Shown here piece by piece: positions 55,094 to 64,000 of a stretch of DNA of 64,000 nucleotides. A program made the translations under genes and the position numbers. The DNA comes from an uncultured Planctomycetota bacterium (GTDB lineage Bacteria > Planctomycetota > Planctomycetia > Isosphaerales > Isosphaeraceae). The stretch spans positions 3,776,001-3,840,000 of the forward strand of contig CAVTTN010000002.1 of NCBI GenBank assembly GCA_963737655.1. The letters are read 5' to 3'. Within the stretch, counting starts at the first letter, position 1. Each line of letters starts with the position of its first letter. Below the pieces are notes generated by a model, which did not search any database, was not told the origin of the DNA, and saw nothing but the letters and a program-made list of their open reading frames with translations.

Positions 55094-56089
55094 TTATTCG
55101 AGGGTTTCGGCCGCGCTGTCGGCCGAGCGGCCCCCCTTGAACAGCTTGCGGCCGAGGTTCGGGTGGAACGGGGTCCAGCTCGTCTCGCGGCTCGGGTCGT
55201 CGCGGATCTCCCGGGTGACCAGGTGGATCTTGGCGTCGAGGTTGTCGATCAGGCTCAGCGCGACGGCCTCGGGCGTCATGGGCGGCTTGACGCTGCCGAA
55301 CTCGGCCGTCCCGTGGTGGCTGACGATCATGTGCTCCAGACGGAGCCGGAGCTCGGTCGGGAACGGCTCGCCGGTCAGGTCCGTGGTCTTGTGGAGGTAG
55401 TCGCGCAGCATGGCCACGCCCATCACGAGATGGCCGACGAGCTGGCCCTCGTCGGTGTATCCGAAGGTGCGTTCATAGCTCAGCTCGTCGATCTTGCCGA
55501 GGTCGTGGAGGAAGATCCCGGAGATCAGCAGGTCGCGATCGACGTCGGGATAGAGGTCGGCGATCCTCGTCGCCACGTTCATCATGGTGACGACGTGTTC
55601 GAGGAGTCCGGCGGGATAGGCGTGATGATTCTTGATCCCGGCGGGCGCGGAGGTGAACTTGCGGACGAACTCGCCGTCGATCAGGAAGCATTCGGCCAGG
55701 GCGCGGAGGTGGGGATTGCCCTGACCGAGGAGGACCTCGCGGAGCCGGGCCAGGAGCTTGCCCGAGTCGCGAACGCTCTGGGGCAGGAACTCGTCGGGCT
55801 CGATGGATTCGGGGTCCACGACGTCGATCGAGGCGAGGATGACCTGCAAGGCGCCCTGGAAGACCTGCACCTTGCCGCGGGCGTGGAGGTAGTCTCCCGG
55901 CTCGAACCGGCGGGCGAGGCCTTCGCTGGCGTTCCACAGGCGGGCGCCGACGGCCCCGGTCTTGTCGCGGAGGTCCAGGTGGAGGTAGAGGTTGCCCTGG
56001 CGGTTGGCGCGGAGTTGCTTGTCGGCGACGAGGAAGACCTCATCGACCGAGTCGCCGTTGGCGAGCTGGTTGATGTAGAGGCGAGGCAT
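55094..56089 (-). CDS. yhaM: 3'-5' exoribonuclease YhaM family (OB fold plus HD domain)
   Basis: YLHLDLRDKTG OB fold; PAGIKNHHAYPAGLLEH, LHDLGK, HMIVSHHG, DNLDAK. Confidence 0.9.
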   Translation of the reverse strand: MPRLYINQLANGDSVDEVFLVADKQLRANRQGNLYLHLDLRDKTGAVGARLWNASEGLARRFEPGDYLHARGKVQVFQGALQVILASIDVVDPESIEPDEFLPQSVRDSGKLLARLREVLLGQGNPHLRALAECFLIDGEFVRKFTSAPAGIKNHHAYPAGLLEHVVTMMNVATRIADLYPDVDRDLLISGIFLHDLGKIDELSYERTFGYTDEGQLVGHLVMGVAMLRDYLHKTTDLTGEPFPTELRLRLEHMIVSHHGTAEFGSVKPPMTPEAVALSLIDNLDAKIHLVTREIRDDPSRETSWTPFHPNLGRKLFKGGRSADSAAETLE

Positions 56090-56185
56090 GAGGGCGGCCT
56101 TCGGCCCGACCGAGGCGGCCGGGCCGGCGGGCCCAGCCGTCGTCCTTGCCCGGCCGACTCCGGTGGAGAGGGCCGATTGTAGGGA

Positions 56186-56219
56186 CGCCCCGCCGGTCCG
56201 GTCAAGGACCGGCGGGGCG
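56186..56219 (-). terminator. GC-rich hairpin just after the CARDB gene stop, possible terminator
   Basis: 14-bp stem CGCCCCGCCGGTCC / GGACCGGCGGGGCG; no clear U-tract. Confidence 0.45.
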
Positions 56220-56225
56220 GCAGCC

Positions 56226-57395
56226 TCAGGAGTTCGGCTTCTTCGCACCTCGGAAGGCGACGTCGTTGCCGCCGGTCGTGTACAGCGTCTGGTTCAGGTC
56301 CGTCCCGCTCAGGTAGGTGTCGAGCGGGGCCAGGGGCGCGTAGGCCGGATACGGGAACACGTTGCCCGCCGGGGCCGGGTCGCTCAGGACTCCGGCCGAA
56401 GGCAAGCCCGGCACCGCCTGCACCGTCTGGACCAGCTTCAGGGCCGAGCTCGGGCCGGGGCCGATCTCGTGGATCTCGCGGATCGTGTTCAACGGGTCGA
56501 CGATCACGCCGAGGTAATACGGGCCTCCGGCGGGGAGAGTGACCGTCGGCGAGCCGTCCACGGTCTCGGTCAGGGTGACGACGTTGGGCGGGTTGTCGAG
56601 GTTCACGTCGCCCAGGACGGTCCGCTTCGAGGGCGCCTCCGACAGCGGGGCGATGTTCGTGATCGAGTACTGGCCGACGATCGCGTCGGTCGGCCCGTAA
56701 TTCTGGTCGGTCGAGGCGACGAGGAGGACGGTCACCGGCCCTTGGGGCGAGGTATCGACGGTCCCGTAATTGGCAATCTTGATGACCGGGGCGATCGAGT
56801 CGCCGGGCTGGATCGTCGGCGGCAGCGAGATGCTGATCGCGGCCAGGTCCGGCAGGGGCGCGTTAATCTGGACCGGGACGGACGTCGAGACGTTGTTGGT
56901 GCGGTCGAGGTCGCGAACCGTGTTCGTGTCGTCGGCTCGGAAGAAGACGTAGACCGTCCCGCCGTCGCCCGGGTACTTCCGGGGCGGAGTGCTCGGCAGG
57001 GTGACGGTCCCGCTGGCCTCCACGATGCTGTTCTGGGGGACGGCCGGCACCGAGATGTCGCCGAGCTTGACCACTCCCGGGCCCCCGATCTGGCCCCGGG
57101 GCTTTCTCGACATGTACACGCCGACCTGGGTCGGCCCGGCGTCGGCCGAGCTGGTGGAACCCGGGGCGAGGTTCAGGGGCTCGATGGTCGAGCTGGCGCC
57201 CAGGTTGCGGACGTCCAGGCTGACCGCGAGCGGTCCACCATAGGCGGCGATCGGGCCGGTCTCGCCGGTCACGGTCAGGTCCGGCAGCGAACCGAGCGGG
57301 GAATAGGCGAGCAATTGGCGGCCCTCGAGGGCCTCCAGCCCGGCCCCGCCGAGGGCCGACCGTCTGAGGGGGCGACGGATCTTCTTCGGCTGCAC
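56226..57395 (-). CDS. Secreted protein with planctomycete leader and two CARDB-like domains
   Basis: GTG start after GGAGGT; GLEALEGRQLLA; PDLTV..VRNLG..DRTNN and PDLAA..IANYG..YYLGVIVDPLNTIRE. Confidence 0.85.
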   Translation of the reverse strand: MQPKKIRRPLRRSALGGAGLEALEGRQLLAYSPLGSLPDLTVTGETGPIAAYGGPLAVSLDVRNLGASSTIEPLNLAPGSTSSADAGPTQVGVYMSRKPRGQIGGPGVVKLGDISVPAVPQNSIVEASGTVTLPSTPPRKYPGDGGTVYVFFRADDTNTVRDLDRTNNVSTSVPVQINAPLPDLAAISISLPPTIQPGDSIAPVIKIANYGTVDTSPQGPVTVLLVASTDQNYGPTDAIVGQYSITNIAPLSEAPSKRTVLGDVNLDNPPNVVTLTETVDGSPTVTLPAGGPYYLGVIVDPLNTIREIHEIGPGPSSALKLVQTVQAVPGLPSAGVLSDPAPAGNVFPYPAYAPLAPLDTYLSGTDLNQTLYTTGGNDVAFRGAKKPNS

Positions 57396-57709
57396 CTCAC
57401 ACCTCCCTGCGGCCGGGGTCCCCGACCTGAACTCCCGACTCTCGAAGCGGGCGCCCCTCGCATGGGGCCCCGACGCCTACGATTCTAGATTTCGTCCCGA
57501 TCCGAACGGAAGGCACGGCCTTTTTCGAGGCGCGACGGCGATTTTGCGCCTTGGAGGACAACACGTTACGGACGATCCGGCCGGAACGGCGGTGGCGCGC
57601 CTGACGGTCCTCCCGAATCCGCCGGGGGAGCCTCTTCGGATCGCTCGCGCCGATCTGGTAGGATACGGGGCCTTGGTCCGCTCTCGATGAGATCGCAGAG
57701 GAGCCGCCC

Positions 57710-59497
57710 GTGCGCTGGTCGCAAGCCCTGATCCCCACCCAGAAAGAATCCCCGACCGACGCCGTGGCCCCCAGCCACGTCCTGCTGCTCCGAGCGGGGA
57801 TGATCCGCCAGCTCGGCGCCGGGGCCTACACCTATTTGCCCCTCGGCTTGCGCGTCCTCCACAAGGCCACGCGGATCGTCCGCGAGGAGATGAACGCCGC
57901 CGGGGCCCAGGAGCTCCTCATGCCGGCGCTCCAGCCCGTGGAGATCTGGCAGGAGTCCGGCCGTCACGGCCACATGGGCGGCATCCTCATGGAGTTCGTG
58001 CTCTCGGGGGATCGCCACGTCGTCCTCGGGCCGACTCATGAGGAAGCCGTCACCGACATCGTCCGGGACGTGATCAAATCGTACCGGCAAATGCCGATCA
58101 CGCTCTATCAAATCCAGACCAAGTTCCGAAACGAGCCCCGCCCCCGGTTCGGCATCCTGCGGACCCGCGAATTCCTGATGAAGGACGCCTATTCCTTCGG
58201 CGCCGACCTCGAACAGCTCAACGTCGCCTACGACGCCATGTACGAGGCGTATTGCCGGATCTTCGACCGCTGCGGCCTGCCGTATGTCGCCGTCGAGGCC
58301 GAGAGCGGGCCGATCGGCGGCGACAGCTCCCACGAGTTCATGGTCCCCTGCGCCACCGGCGAGGACGTGGTGGTCATCTGCCATTCCTGCGGCTACGCGG
58401 CGAACCGCGAGAAGGCCCAGGTGGGCAAGATCGACTGGCAGGGTCGCGAAACCCCGGCCGACGCCCCGCCCTATCAGAGCGTCTCCACCCCCGGTCGCAA
58501 GACGATCCAGGAGGTGTGCGACTTCCTGAAGCGGCCGGAGTCCGAGACCGCCAAATTGCTCGTCTTCCTCGCCGACGGCAAGCCCGTGGCGGTCCTCGTC
58601 CGAGGCGATCACGAAGCCAATGAAGGCAAGCTTCGGCGAGCGTTCAACGCCTCGACGGTCGAGCCGGCCGACGCGGCGATGATCGAGAAGGTCACGGGGG
58701 CGCCGATGGGCTTCCTGGGGCCGATCGGCCTGCAAATCCCCCTGTTGATCGATCAGGCCGTGGCCGCGATGCCGACGGTCGTCGTCGGCGGCAACACGGT
58801 GGACGTCCACCTCACGGGCGTGATCCCGGGTCGCGATTTCCCGCTGGCCGAAGACCACGTGGGCGACTTCCGCAACGCCGAGGCCGGCGACCCCTGCCCC
58901 AAGTGCGGGCAGACGATGAGCGTGGATCAGGGGATCGAGATCGGCCACGTCTTCAAGCTCGGGACCAAGTACTCCGCCGCGATGGGCGCGACGTTCCTCG
59001 ACGACAAGGGCATGTCCCACCCGGTCATCATGGGCTGCTACGGGATCGGCGTGAACCGCATCCTCGCGGCGGCCGTCGAGGCCGGGCACGACGAGAACGG
59101 AATCCTCTGGCCGCTCACGCTCGCCCCGTTCGAGGTCATCGTCGTGCCCCTCCAGCCCCAGAACGACGCCGTGATGCAAGTGGCCGAGACGATTTCGGCG
59201 GGCCTCGAATCGGCCGGCGTGGAGGTCCTGATCGACGACCGGGACGGCCGGCCCGGCGTCAAGTTCAAGGACGCCGACCTGATCGGCATCCCCCTGCGAA
59301 TCGTCGTCGGCGAGCGCGGCCTGAAGGAGGGGACGGTCGAGGTGAAGTGGCGAACCGACCCGGCGGCGCACAACATCTCGGCCGCGACGGCGATCGAGGC
59401 GATCCTCGCCGAGCTCGATTCGACCCGCAAGGCGCTCGATGCCAGGGCCAGCGACAGACGGACCGCCAGGGCCGTGGCCCGGGGCGCCGCCAAATGA
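57710..59497 (+). CDS. proS: Proline--tRNA ligase, bacterial type with editing insertion
   Basis: SHVLLLRAGMIRQ, LGPTHEE, QIQTKFRNEPRPRFG, REFLMKDAYSF, GIEIGHVFKLGTKYS, MGCYGIG. Confidence 0.98.
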   Translation: MRWSQALIPTQKESPTDAVAPSHVLLLRAGMIRQLGAGAYTYLPLGLRVLHKATRIVREEMNAAGAQELLMPALQPVEIWQESGRHGHMGGILMEFVLSGDRHVVLGPTHEEAVTDIVRDVIKSYRQMPITLYQIQTKFRNEPRPRFGILRTREFLMKDAYSFGADLEQLNVAYDAMYEAYCRIFDRCGLPYVAVEAESGPIGGDSSHEFMVPCATGEDVVVICHSCGYAANREKAQVGKIDWQGRETPADAPPYQSVSTPGRKTIQEVCDFLKRPESETAKLLVFLADGKPVAVLVRGDHEANEGKLRRAFNASTVEPADAAMIEKVTGAPMGFLGPIGLQIPLLIDQAVAAMPTVVVGGNTVDVHLTGVIPGRDFPLAEDHVGDFRNAEAGDPCPKCGQTMSVDQGIEIGHVFKLGTKYSAAMGATFLDDKGMSHPVIMGCYGIGVNRILAAAVEAGHDENGILWPLTLAPFEVIVVPLQPQNDAVMQVAETISAGLESAGVEVLIDDRDGRPGVKFKDADLIGIPLRIVVGERGLKEGTVEVKWRTDPAAHNISAATAIEAILAELDSTRKALDARASDRRTARAVARGAAK

Positions 59498-59767
59498 GCG
59501 ACAAACCGGCGATACCGAGGGGCCCGCTGGTCCTGCTCGGCCTGATGACCCTCGTCACGTTCCTCGGCCCTCTGGCGATCTGGTTGACGCTCCGGGGCGG
59601 TTCGCGAGCGGAATTCCCGCCCGATCGCCCCGTCGAGTGGGTGGTCCTGATCGGGACGGTGGGGGCCGCGGCCGTCTTGATGGTCGCCTGCCTCGCCGTG
59701 GGCCTGGCGAACCATCGGGCCTTCCTGCGAGGCTCGAAACGACCAGGCGGCGAGGACCGGCCCGTGA
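59494..59767 (+). CDS. Small two-TM membrane protein; as sequenced, in frame with the next gene
   Basis: ATGA overlap with proS; MSDKPAIPRGPLVLLG..FPPDRPVEW. Removing one C at 59761-59763 gives a TGA overlapping the next GTG. Confidence 0.55.
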
Positions 59768-60825
59768 TCGCCTCGGCGGCTGGCCTCTTCCTCCTCGCCT
59801 TCCTCCTGAGCGCGATCCTCTGCGCCGGGGTCCGCGCGATCGCGCCCCGGATCGGCCTGATCGACTCGCCCGGAGGTCGCAAGGCCCACAAGGCGCCCAC
59901 TCCCCTGGGCGGAGGCGTGGCGATCTGGTCGACGATGGGCCTGGTCCTGGTCGCCGGGGCCCTCATGCTGAAATTCGGCCGCGGGATGATCCCCGCCGCA
60001 CTGCGAATTCACGCCGACGGCGCCCTCCTGCGAGTCGGCGAACTCGGATGGATCTTCCTCCTCGCCACGGCCGTGATGGTCATGGGCCTGATCGACGACC
60101 GGATTCGCCTGGGCTGGAAGCCCCGGTTGCTCGTCCAGTTCGCCCTGGCGATCGCCTTCGTGGTCGTGGGCGATCGCGTGACCGTTTTCCAGCATAACCA
60201 ATGGTTGATGGGGGCGGCCACGGTCGTCTGGATCGTCGGATTGACGAATGCGTTCAACTTCCTCGACAACATGGACGGCCTCGCGGCGAGCGTCGGCCTG
60301 ATCGCGGCCCTGTTGTTCGCCGGCGCCCAGGCGGCGGTGGGAAGCCTGTTCGTCCCGGCGATTCTTGTGATCCTGGCCGGCTCGCTCGGCGGGTTCCTCG
60401 TCCATAATCGTCCCCCGGCGCGCCTGTTCATGGGAGACGCCGGCTCGAACTTCCTGGGCTTCCTCCTGGGTGTCTTGACCGTCGCCGGGACGTTCACCCG
60501 CCAGGGTTTCTCGCCGTTCGGCGTGATTGCCCCCCTGCTCGTGATGGCCGTCCCGCTGTACGATACCACGTCGGTGATCCTGATCCGCCTCCGCGAAGGC
60601 CGGAGCCCGTTTCAGGCCGACCGCCGCCACTTCTCGCATCGACTCGTCGACCGGGGCCTCTCCCCCTCGATGGCCGTGGCGACGATCGACCTGGTGACCC
60701 TCGCCGCGGGGCTCGGCGCGTTGCTCCTGAATCGTTTGACGACCCCTCTGGGCGCGAGCGTGATCCTGCTGCAGACGGCTTGCCTCGTCGGGTTGATCGC
60801 CGTCCTCGAATCCTCGGCGAAATGA
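59764..60825 (+). CDS. Glycosyltransferase family 4 (WecA/MraY-type polyprenyl-phosphate HexNAc-1-phosphate transferase)
   Basis: GLIDSPGGRKAH, PTPLGGGVAI, GLIDD, NAFNFLDNMDGLA, FMGDAGS, DRRHFSHRL. Confidence 0.92.
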   Translation: MIASAAGLFLLAFLLSAILCAGVRAIAPRIGLIDSPGGRKAHKAPTPLGGGVAIWSTMGLVLVAGALMLKFGRGMIPAALRIHADGALLRVGELGWIFLLATAVMVMGLIDDRIRLGWKPRLLVQFALAIAFVVVGDRVTVFQHNQWLMGAATVVWIVGLTNAFNFLDNMDGLAASVGLIAALLFAGAQAAVGSLFVPAILVILAGSLGGFLVHNRPPARLFMGDAGSNFLGFLLGVLTVAGTFTRQGFSPFGVIAPLLVMAVPLYDTTSVILIRLREGRSPFQADRRHFSHRLVDRGLSPSMAVATIDLVTLAAGLGALLLNRLTTPLGASVILLQTACLVGLIAVLESSAK

Positions 60826-60847
60826 TCCCTCGGGCCGGAGACCGCCA

Positions 60848-63173
60848 ATGCCCCGGCAACGACCGAGACCCGCCCCGTCGACCCAATCCAGGCCGGCCGA
60901 GCCCGAAGGGCTCCTCGGCGACGTGGCCCCGGCCGCCGCGTCGTTCGGCGAGACGGTCCGACGGCTCGCGCTCGGCCTCACCGCCGCCCTGATCGTGGCC
61001 AGGGCCTACTGGTACGGCGAGACCCGGACGGAGGAGGAGTCCGGCATCGGACTCGTCTGGGCGTTGCTCACGCTCGGGGCCGCCGTCCTGGCCGTCCTGG
61101 GAATGTGGCTCTCCGGCGGCCTGCGCTTCCGTCGGTCATGGGCCGATCTCGCCGCCCTCGTCCTGTTCGTCCTGATCGGCCTGAGCACCGGGGCGCCGAT
61201 GACCGGCGGATCGCTATCAATCGCGGCTGGGAGCTCGTGGGCGTCGGGACCCTCTATGTCTTGCTTCGCAACGTGCCGAGGGACCGCCGCGAATCGTCGG
61301 CAATCGCCGGCGCGTTGATGTGTACGGCCGTGGCCCTCTCGGCCTATGCCGTGTATCAGTCGCAAGTCGAGATGCCGAGGCTGCGCGCGTACTATCAGGC
61401 GAATCGGAACGTCGCCCTCGCGCAGGCCGGGGTGGACGCCTCGGACGCCTCGTCCGTCGCGAGGTTCGAATCGCGATTGCTCGGCTCGATCGAGCCGACG
61501 GCCACGTTCGCGCTGGCAAATTCGCTGGCGGGGTTCCTCGTCGGCCCGGCCGTGGTGGGCCTCGCCCTTGGCTTCCGGGCATTCCGTAAATCCGAGGATG
61601 GAGCACCCCGCGACTCGTCCCGATCCTCGTGGCCCTCCCGTTCCTCGTGCTGATCCTCGCCGTGCTCTTGATGACCAAGAGCCGTAGCGCCTCGCTCGGA
61701 TTGGTCGTCGCGATGGCGGTTTTCCTCGTCCGCGAGCGGGCATCTCGGCGGTTCATGCTCCGGGGCGGGGCGGTCCTGGTCCTGGGTTTGCTCGGGCTCG
61801 CGGGCGCGGCATTCCTGGCCCGTCAACTGGACTGGAAAGTAGTCAGCGAAGCGCCGAAATCGCTGACGTATCGGCTGGAATACTGGAGGGGGACGTGGGG
61901 CGTCCTGACCGAGAGCCCCCGGGCGTTCTGGAGGGGCCTGGGCCCCGGGAACTTCGCGGGGCCGTACCTGCGTCATAAGCTTCCTCAATCGAGCGAGGAG
62001 ATCGCCGACCCCCACGACCTCGTCCTTGAAGTCTGGGCGATCGCGGGGCTCCCGGCCGCCGTGGCCCTGGTCGCCGCGCTTCTCTGGGGACTTCGGGAGA
62101 CGCTCGGACGGCCGAAGCCGGTCCCGAATCAAGCCGGATATGAGGGCGATCCACCTCCACCTCGCTCGGGAACCTGGCTCGTCCTTGCCTCGGGCCTGGG
62201 CGGGTGGCTGGGCGTGGTCGTGCTCGGACGGCTCAATCCGTTCGATCAGGAAGGGATGGAACGCTGGCTCGTCCTCGGCGGGGCGTGGCTGATTTCGGCG
62301 TTTCTCGGACGGCTCGCCTGGCGGTCGCGACCCATCGGCGGAGACCTGTTCGGGCTGGGTGCCCTCGCGGTGGCCGTCAACCTGCTCGCCGCGGGCGGGA
62401 TCGCCTTCGCTCCGGTCTCGGAGATGCTCTGGGCATTGCTGGCGATCGGGATGAACCTCCGCGAGGATCGGCCGTGCGGGAGCCTCCGCGAGATCGAGGG
62501 CCGCGCCATCGCGTTCGTCCCCTCGGCGGTCCTCGCGGCGATCCTCGGGACGTTCTTCGGGACGGTCAGCCCGTTCTGGGCGGCCGATGAGCCGATCGCC
62601 CGCGCCGAGGCCCTCGTCCGGTCTCGACCGAACCGGCTTGACGTGGCCGACGACCTGTACGCCAGGGCGAACGAGCTGGACGTCCTCGCCCGCCGGGGCT
62701 GGATCGGCCGGGCGAACCTCGAGCTGATGTCCTGGAGGAGCATGGGCCGGCCCCCCGAGCTGAGATCGTGGAGCCGGATTGATTCCGCCCTGGAGACCGC
62801 CGCGAAACGCCCGAGAGACCCCAATTCGCTGCTAGTTCAGAGGCTCCGGGCCCGGTTCGCGAAAGAATTCCTGGAGGCGAGCGAATTCCCGCCCCAGGTG
62901 AAGACGATCATCCGCAAGGATCGCCTCCAGGCCTGCGCCGGGCGGCCGCGCTCTATCCGACCGACGCCTTGCTCCGGGCCGACCTGGCCGAGGCGCTCGC
63001 CGATCTCGACTACCTCGACAGGGCCGTCGTCGAGGCGAAGGCGGCCCTGGACCTCGACCGACGGACCCCTCACGAGGACCGGAAACTCCCGGCCAGGGTC
63101 CGCGAGCGGCTGGATGCCGAGCTCGAAGACGTGGTCCTCCCGAAACCCTTCGCTCGGAGCGCCGAAGTCGTAA
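60848..63173 (+). CDS. O-antigen ligase (Wzy_C)-type membrane protein with C-terminal TPR-like region; frameshifts near 61192, 61620, 62938 and probably 63126
   Basis: ATFALANSLAGFL, LMTKSRSA, SLTYRLEYW, GLGPGNF, DPHDLVLE, spread over ORF fragments that join with single-base corrections. Confidence 0.8.
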
Positions 63174-63196
63174 AGCGGACCCACCTCGACCGACGG

Positions 63197-63883
63197 TCAA
63201 CGACCGATCGGCCCTCGGAGCTTCGCCACGAGCTCCGCGAGCGGCCCGAAATCCAGGATCGCCGCCCCGATCGCCGCGACGCATCGCAGGGGTTCCCGGC
63301 GGAAGGCCTCGGGCAGACTCGGCGAGGCCACGTCGAGGCCCGCGGCATTCGGGGAGAACGCGGGCAACGCGATCGTCGAGGGGCCGACGAGGAAGCATGG
63401 GGCGCTCAGCCCCTCGGCCTTCAACGAGGGATGATGATGCCCGAACACCACGCGGCCCCGGCCGATCGGGCGGTCTCCATGGCGGATCGACCAGCCGCCC
63501 AGGTCGTGCGACTCGGCGAGAGGGGGCCGCCTCGGCGGGTCATGGTTCCCCCGAAGCTCCACGAATTCGACGGCTCGATCCGCGAGCCAGCGACGGAGGG
63601 CCCGGGCGTCTCGCGACGTTCGGACGCACGGCGAGGCGGATTCGACGAGGTCTCCGGCGACGATCAATCGGCGCAGGGGCCGTCGAGAGATCAGCGATTC
63701 GAGCTTGGCCACGGTCTCGGCGAGGGAGTGGGCGGGGAGGCAGTCCCCGCCCGAGCCTCGCGACCATTCGTAGCCCAGATGGACGTCGGCGACGACCGCG
63801 GTGGCCTCGGCCTCGAAGATGGCCGCCCCTTCCGCAGCAAAGGACCAGCCTTCGAGGGTAGGGACGGTCAGGAGGCCGGGCAT
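63197..63883 (-). CDS. Metallophosphoesterase (PdeM/MPE-like)
   Basis: ADVHLG, IVAGD, RGNHD, HGD, GHHHP and LPAFSP motifs. Confidence 0.88.
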   Translation of the reverse strand: MPGLLTVPTLEGWSFAAEGAAIFEAEATAVVADVHLGYEWSRGSGGDCLPAHSLAETVAKLESLISRRPLRRLIVAGDLVESASPCVRTSRDARALRRWLADRAVEFVELRGNHDPPRRPPLAESHDLGGWSIRHGDRPIGRGRVVFGHHHPSLKAEGLSAPCFLVGPSTIALPAFSPNAAGLDVASPSLPEAFRREPLRCVAAIGAAILDFGPLAELVAKLRGPIGR

Positions 63884-64000
63884 CGCGCGGGGACGTCTCC
63901 TTCGAGGGGCGTGGACCGGGTGACAAACCGAAGAAGACGCGAACAGATCGCCCAGACGGCCCTACCGCGCATGGAGCGGCCGGCGGCCGGGATTGTGCCC

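Noticed and set aside
59494..60825. Novel fusion of a small membrane protein to a WecA/MraY-type transferase
   Set aside because: Removing one C in CCC at 59761-59763 gives a standard GTGA stop/start overlap; with the indel rate here an artefact is more likely.

Overview
High-GC chromosomal window, most likely from a planctomycete (Isosphaeraceae-like). The evidence is six proteins with the planctomycete-type 'LExLExRxLL' leader, a DUF1592/DUF1552 pair and a YTV-repeat Cys-rich protein; family calls are from motif recognition, not database searches. About 35 genes are present. Housekeeping: groES-groEL behind a sigma54-type promoter, rnr, yhaM, proS, an Lhr-type helicase, a metallophosphoesterase, WecA/MraY-type and O-antigen-ligase-type genes, an APC permease. 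Secreted Ig-repeat proteins: a beta-helix/DUF11 adhesin running off the left edge, an S8/S53-like protease, an Asp-box propeller protein, two smaller Ig proteins and a CARDB protein. Also two AAA+ ATPases, two membrane-anchored tyrosine-phosphatase-like genes and three different GTAG-type REP elements. About a dozen 1-2 nt frameshifts, mostly in G/C runs, look like long-read consensus errors rather than pseudogenes. Most striking: the YTV protein has two mirror-ordered, co-varying 16-aa repeat arrays around a CGGC turn, predicting one very long antiparallel beta-hairpin. Other leads are two candidate C-terminal sorting domains, two probable pseudo-enzymes (M50 without HExxH, degenerate M19), a MoxR module without a vWA partner and a 58-aa Cys-rich microprotein. 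No rRNA, tRNA, CRISPR array or transposase was recognised.
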